DNA from: Vulcanimicrobiota bacterium | GTDB taxonomy: Bacteria; Vulcanimicrobiota; Xenobia; Xenobiales; JADMJV01 | Reading direction: 5' to 3' | Assembly (NCBI GenBank): GCA_050250895.1 | Contig: JBFWNU010000003.1 | Span: 224,001 to 288,000 of the forward strand | Length of the DNA stretch: 64,000 bases | Part shown: piece after piece, positions 63,188-64,000 of the stretch | Layout of the letters: every line of letters begins with the position of its first letter | How positions within the stretch are numbered: the stretch's first letter is position 1 | Notes under the pieces: generated by a model | What the model was told of the DNA's origin: nothing | Databases searched by the model: none | Seen by the model: only the letters and a program-made list of their open reading frames with translations | Position numbers and translations under genes: made by a program

Positions 63188-64000
63188 CCTGATCGGCAAG
63201 GCTTCGTGGGCCGCTCCAAGCGCCAGGGCGGCCGAGGGCATCCCGGTCACGGCCGCCGTGGTGGGGTCCTCCACCAGGGCCAGCCCCCCCGCCTGACGCA
63301 ACTCCAGCAGGCCCAGAGCTCCGTCCGAGCCCATCCCGGAGAGGATGACTCCGATAGTGTGACTGGCCGGACCCCGGGCCAACGAGCGAAAGAGAGCGCT
63401 GATCGACGGGCAGTGTCCATCTACCGAGGCTCCGGTCTCGACCTTGAGGCCGTCCTTGCTCCAGCGCAGATGATAGCCCCGTTCTACCAGGTAGACCACC
63501 CCCTCTCTGGGTGTTTCGAGATGTTCGGTCAGGCGACAGTCCCAACCGCTCGCTCGGGATAGCCAGCGGGCGAAGCTTTCGACCGCTCCGGTCGGCAGGT
63601 GTTGCACCAGCATCACCGATAGACCGCAGTCCGGTCCTAGCTTGCTCAGCAAGTGCTCGACCGATTGAGGTCCCCCCGAGGACGAACCGATGGCCAGGTT
63701 GCGAAAGGAACGTAATTGCAGCCGTCGGGGCGGAAATTGGCGAATCACTTTCACCTGATTCATGAGCAATACCATCCGCCGCAATTCCGTCAGCGAAGCT
63801 TCTCCGTCTTCCCCTTTGGCCACGGTGGCGACCGCGCCTCCGGCCTCGGCTTCGGACTGCCAGCGCTCGGGACTCGCTGAGTAGAGAATCACCGGGACCG
63901 GATGGACCTGGAGGATGCGGGCCAGAGTTTCGGGACCGCTCAGTCCCGGCAGCCCTCCGTCGAGGACGATCACGTCGGGTCGGGTCAAAACCAGCATCTC
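63143..64000 (-). CDS. cheB: chemotaxis response regulator protein-glutamate methylesterase (5' end outside the window)
   Basis: REC (IVLD), then IGSSSGG, VQHLP, GMGSDGA catalytic Ser-His-Asp. Confidence 0.9.
   Translation of the reverse strand, partial: EMLVLTRPDVIVLDGGLPGLSGPETLARILQVHPVPVILYSASPERWQSEAEAGGAVATVAKGEDGEASLTELRRMVLLMNQVKVIRQFPPRRLQLRSFRNLAIGSSSGGPQSVEHLLSKLGPDCGLSVMLVQHLPTGAVESFARWLSRASGWDCRLTEHLETPREGVVYLVERGYHLRWSKDGLKVETGASVDGHCPSISALFRSLARGPASHTIGVILSGMGSDGALGLLELRQAGGLALVEDPTTAAVTGMPSAALALGAAHEALPIRLLADRVQTLLKADS

Overview
GC-rich bacterial chromosomal window. The gene style suggests Ca. Eremiobacterota/Vulcanimicrobiota, but that is inference only. It is dominated by signalling genes (hybrid kinases including a poly-HAMP kinase, response regulators, PP2C, PilZ, CheB), housekeeping genes (transketolase, CCA-type nucleotidyltransferase, LOG, SNF2/SWIM), a PelA/PelB-like pair, and a MoxR ATPase with a giant vWA protein. 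The most striking feature is a ~2.9 kb non-CRISPR modular tandem array (4084-6955) built on the palindrome ACTTCCAGCTGGAAGT, lying directly upstream of a DUF222-like/HNH endonuclease gene that carries the same palindrome inside its own coding sequence. A second, orphan array (~38.6-40.4 kb) has unrelated flanking sequence but the same ACTTCC-N4-GGAAGT dyad. Together they suggest a candidate HNH-linked palindromic-repeat system analogous to REP/RAYT. All calls come from motif reading by eye; no database searches were run.
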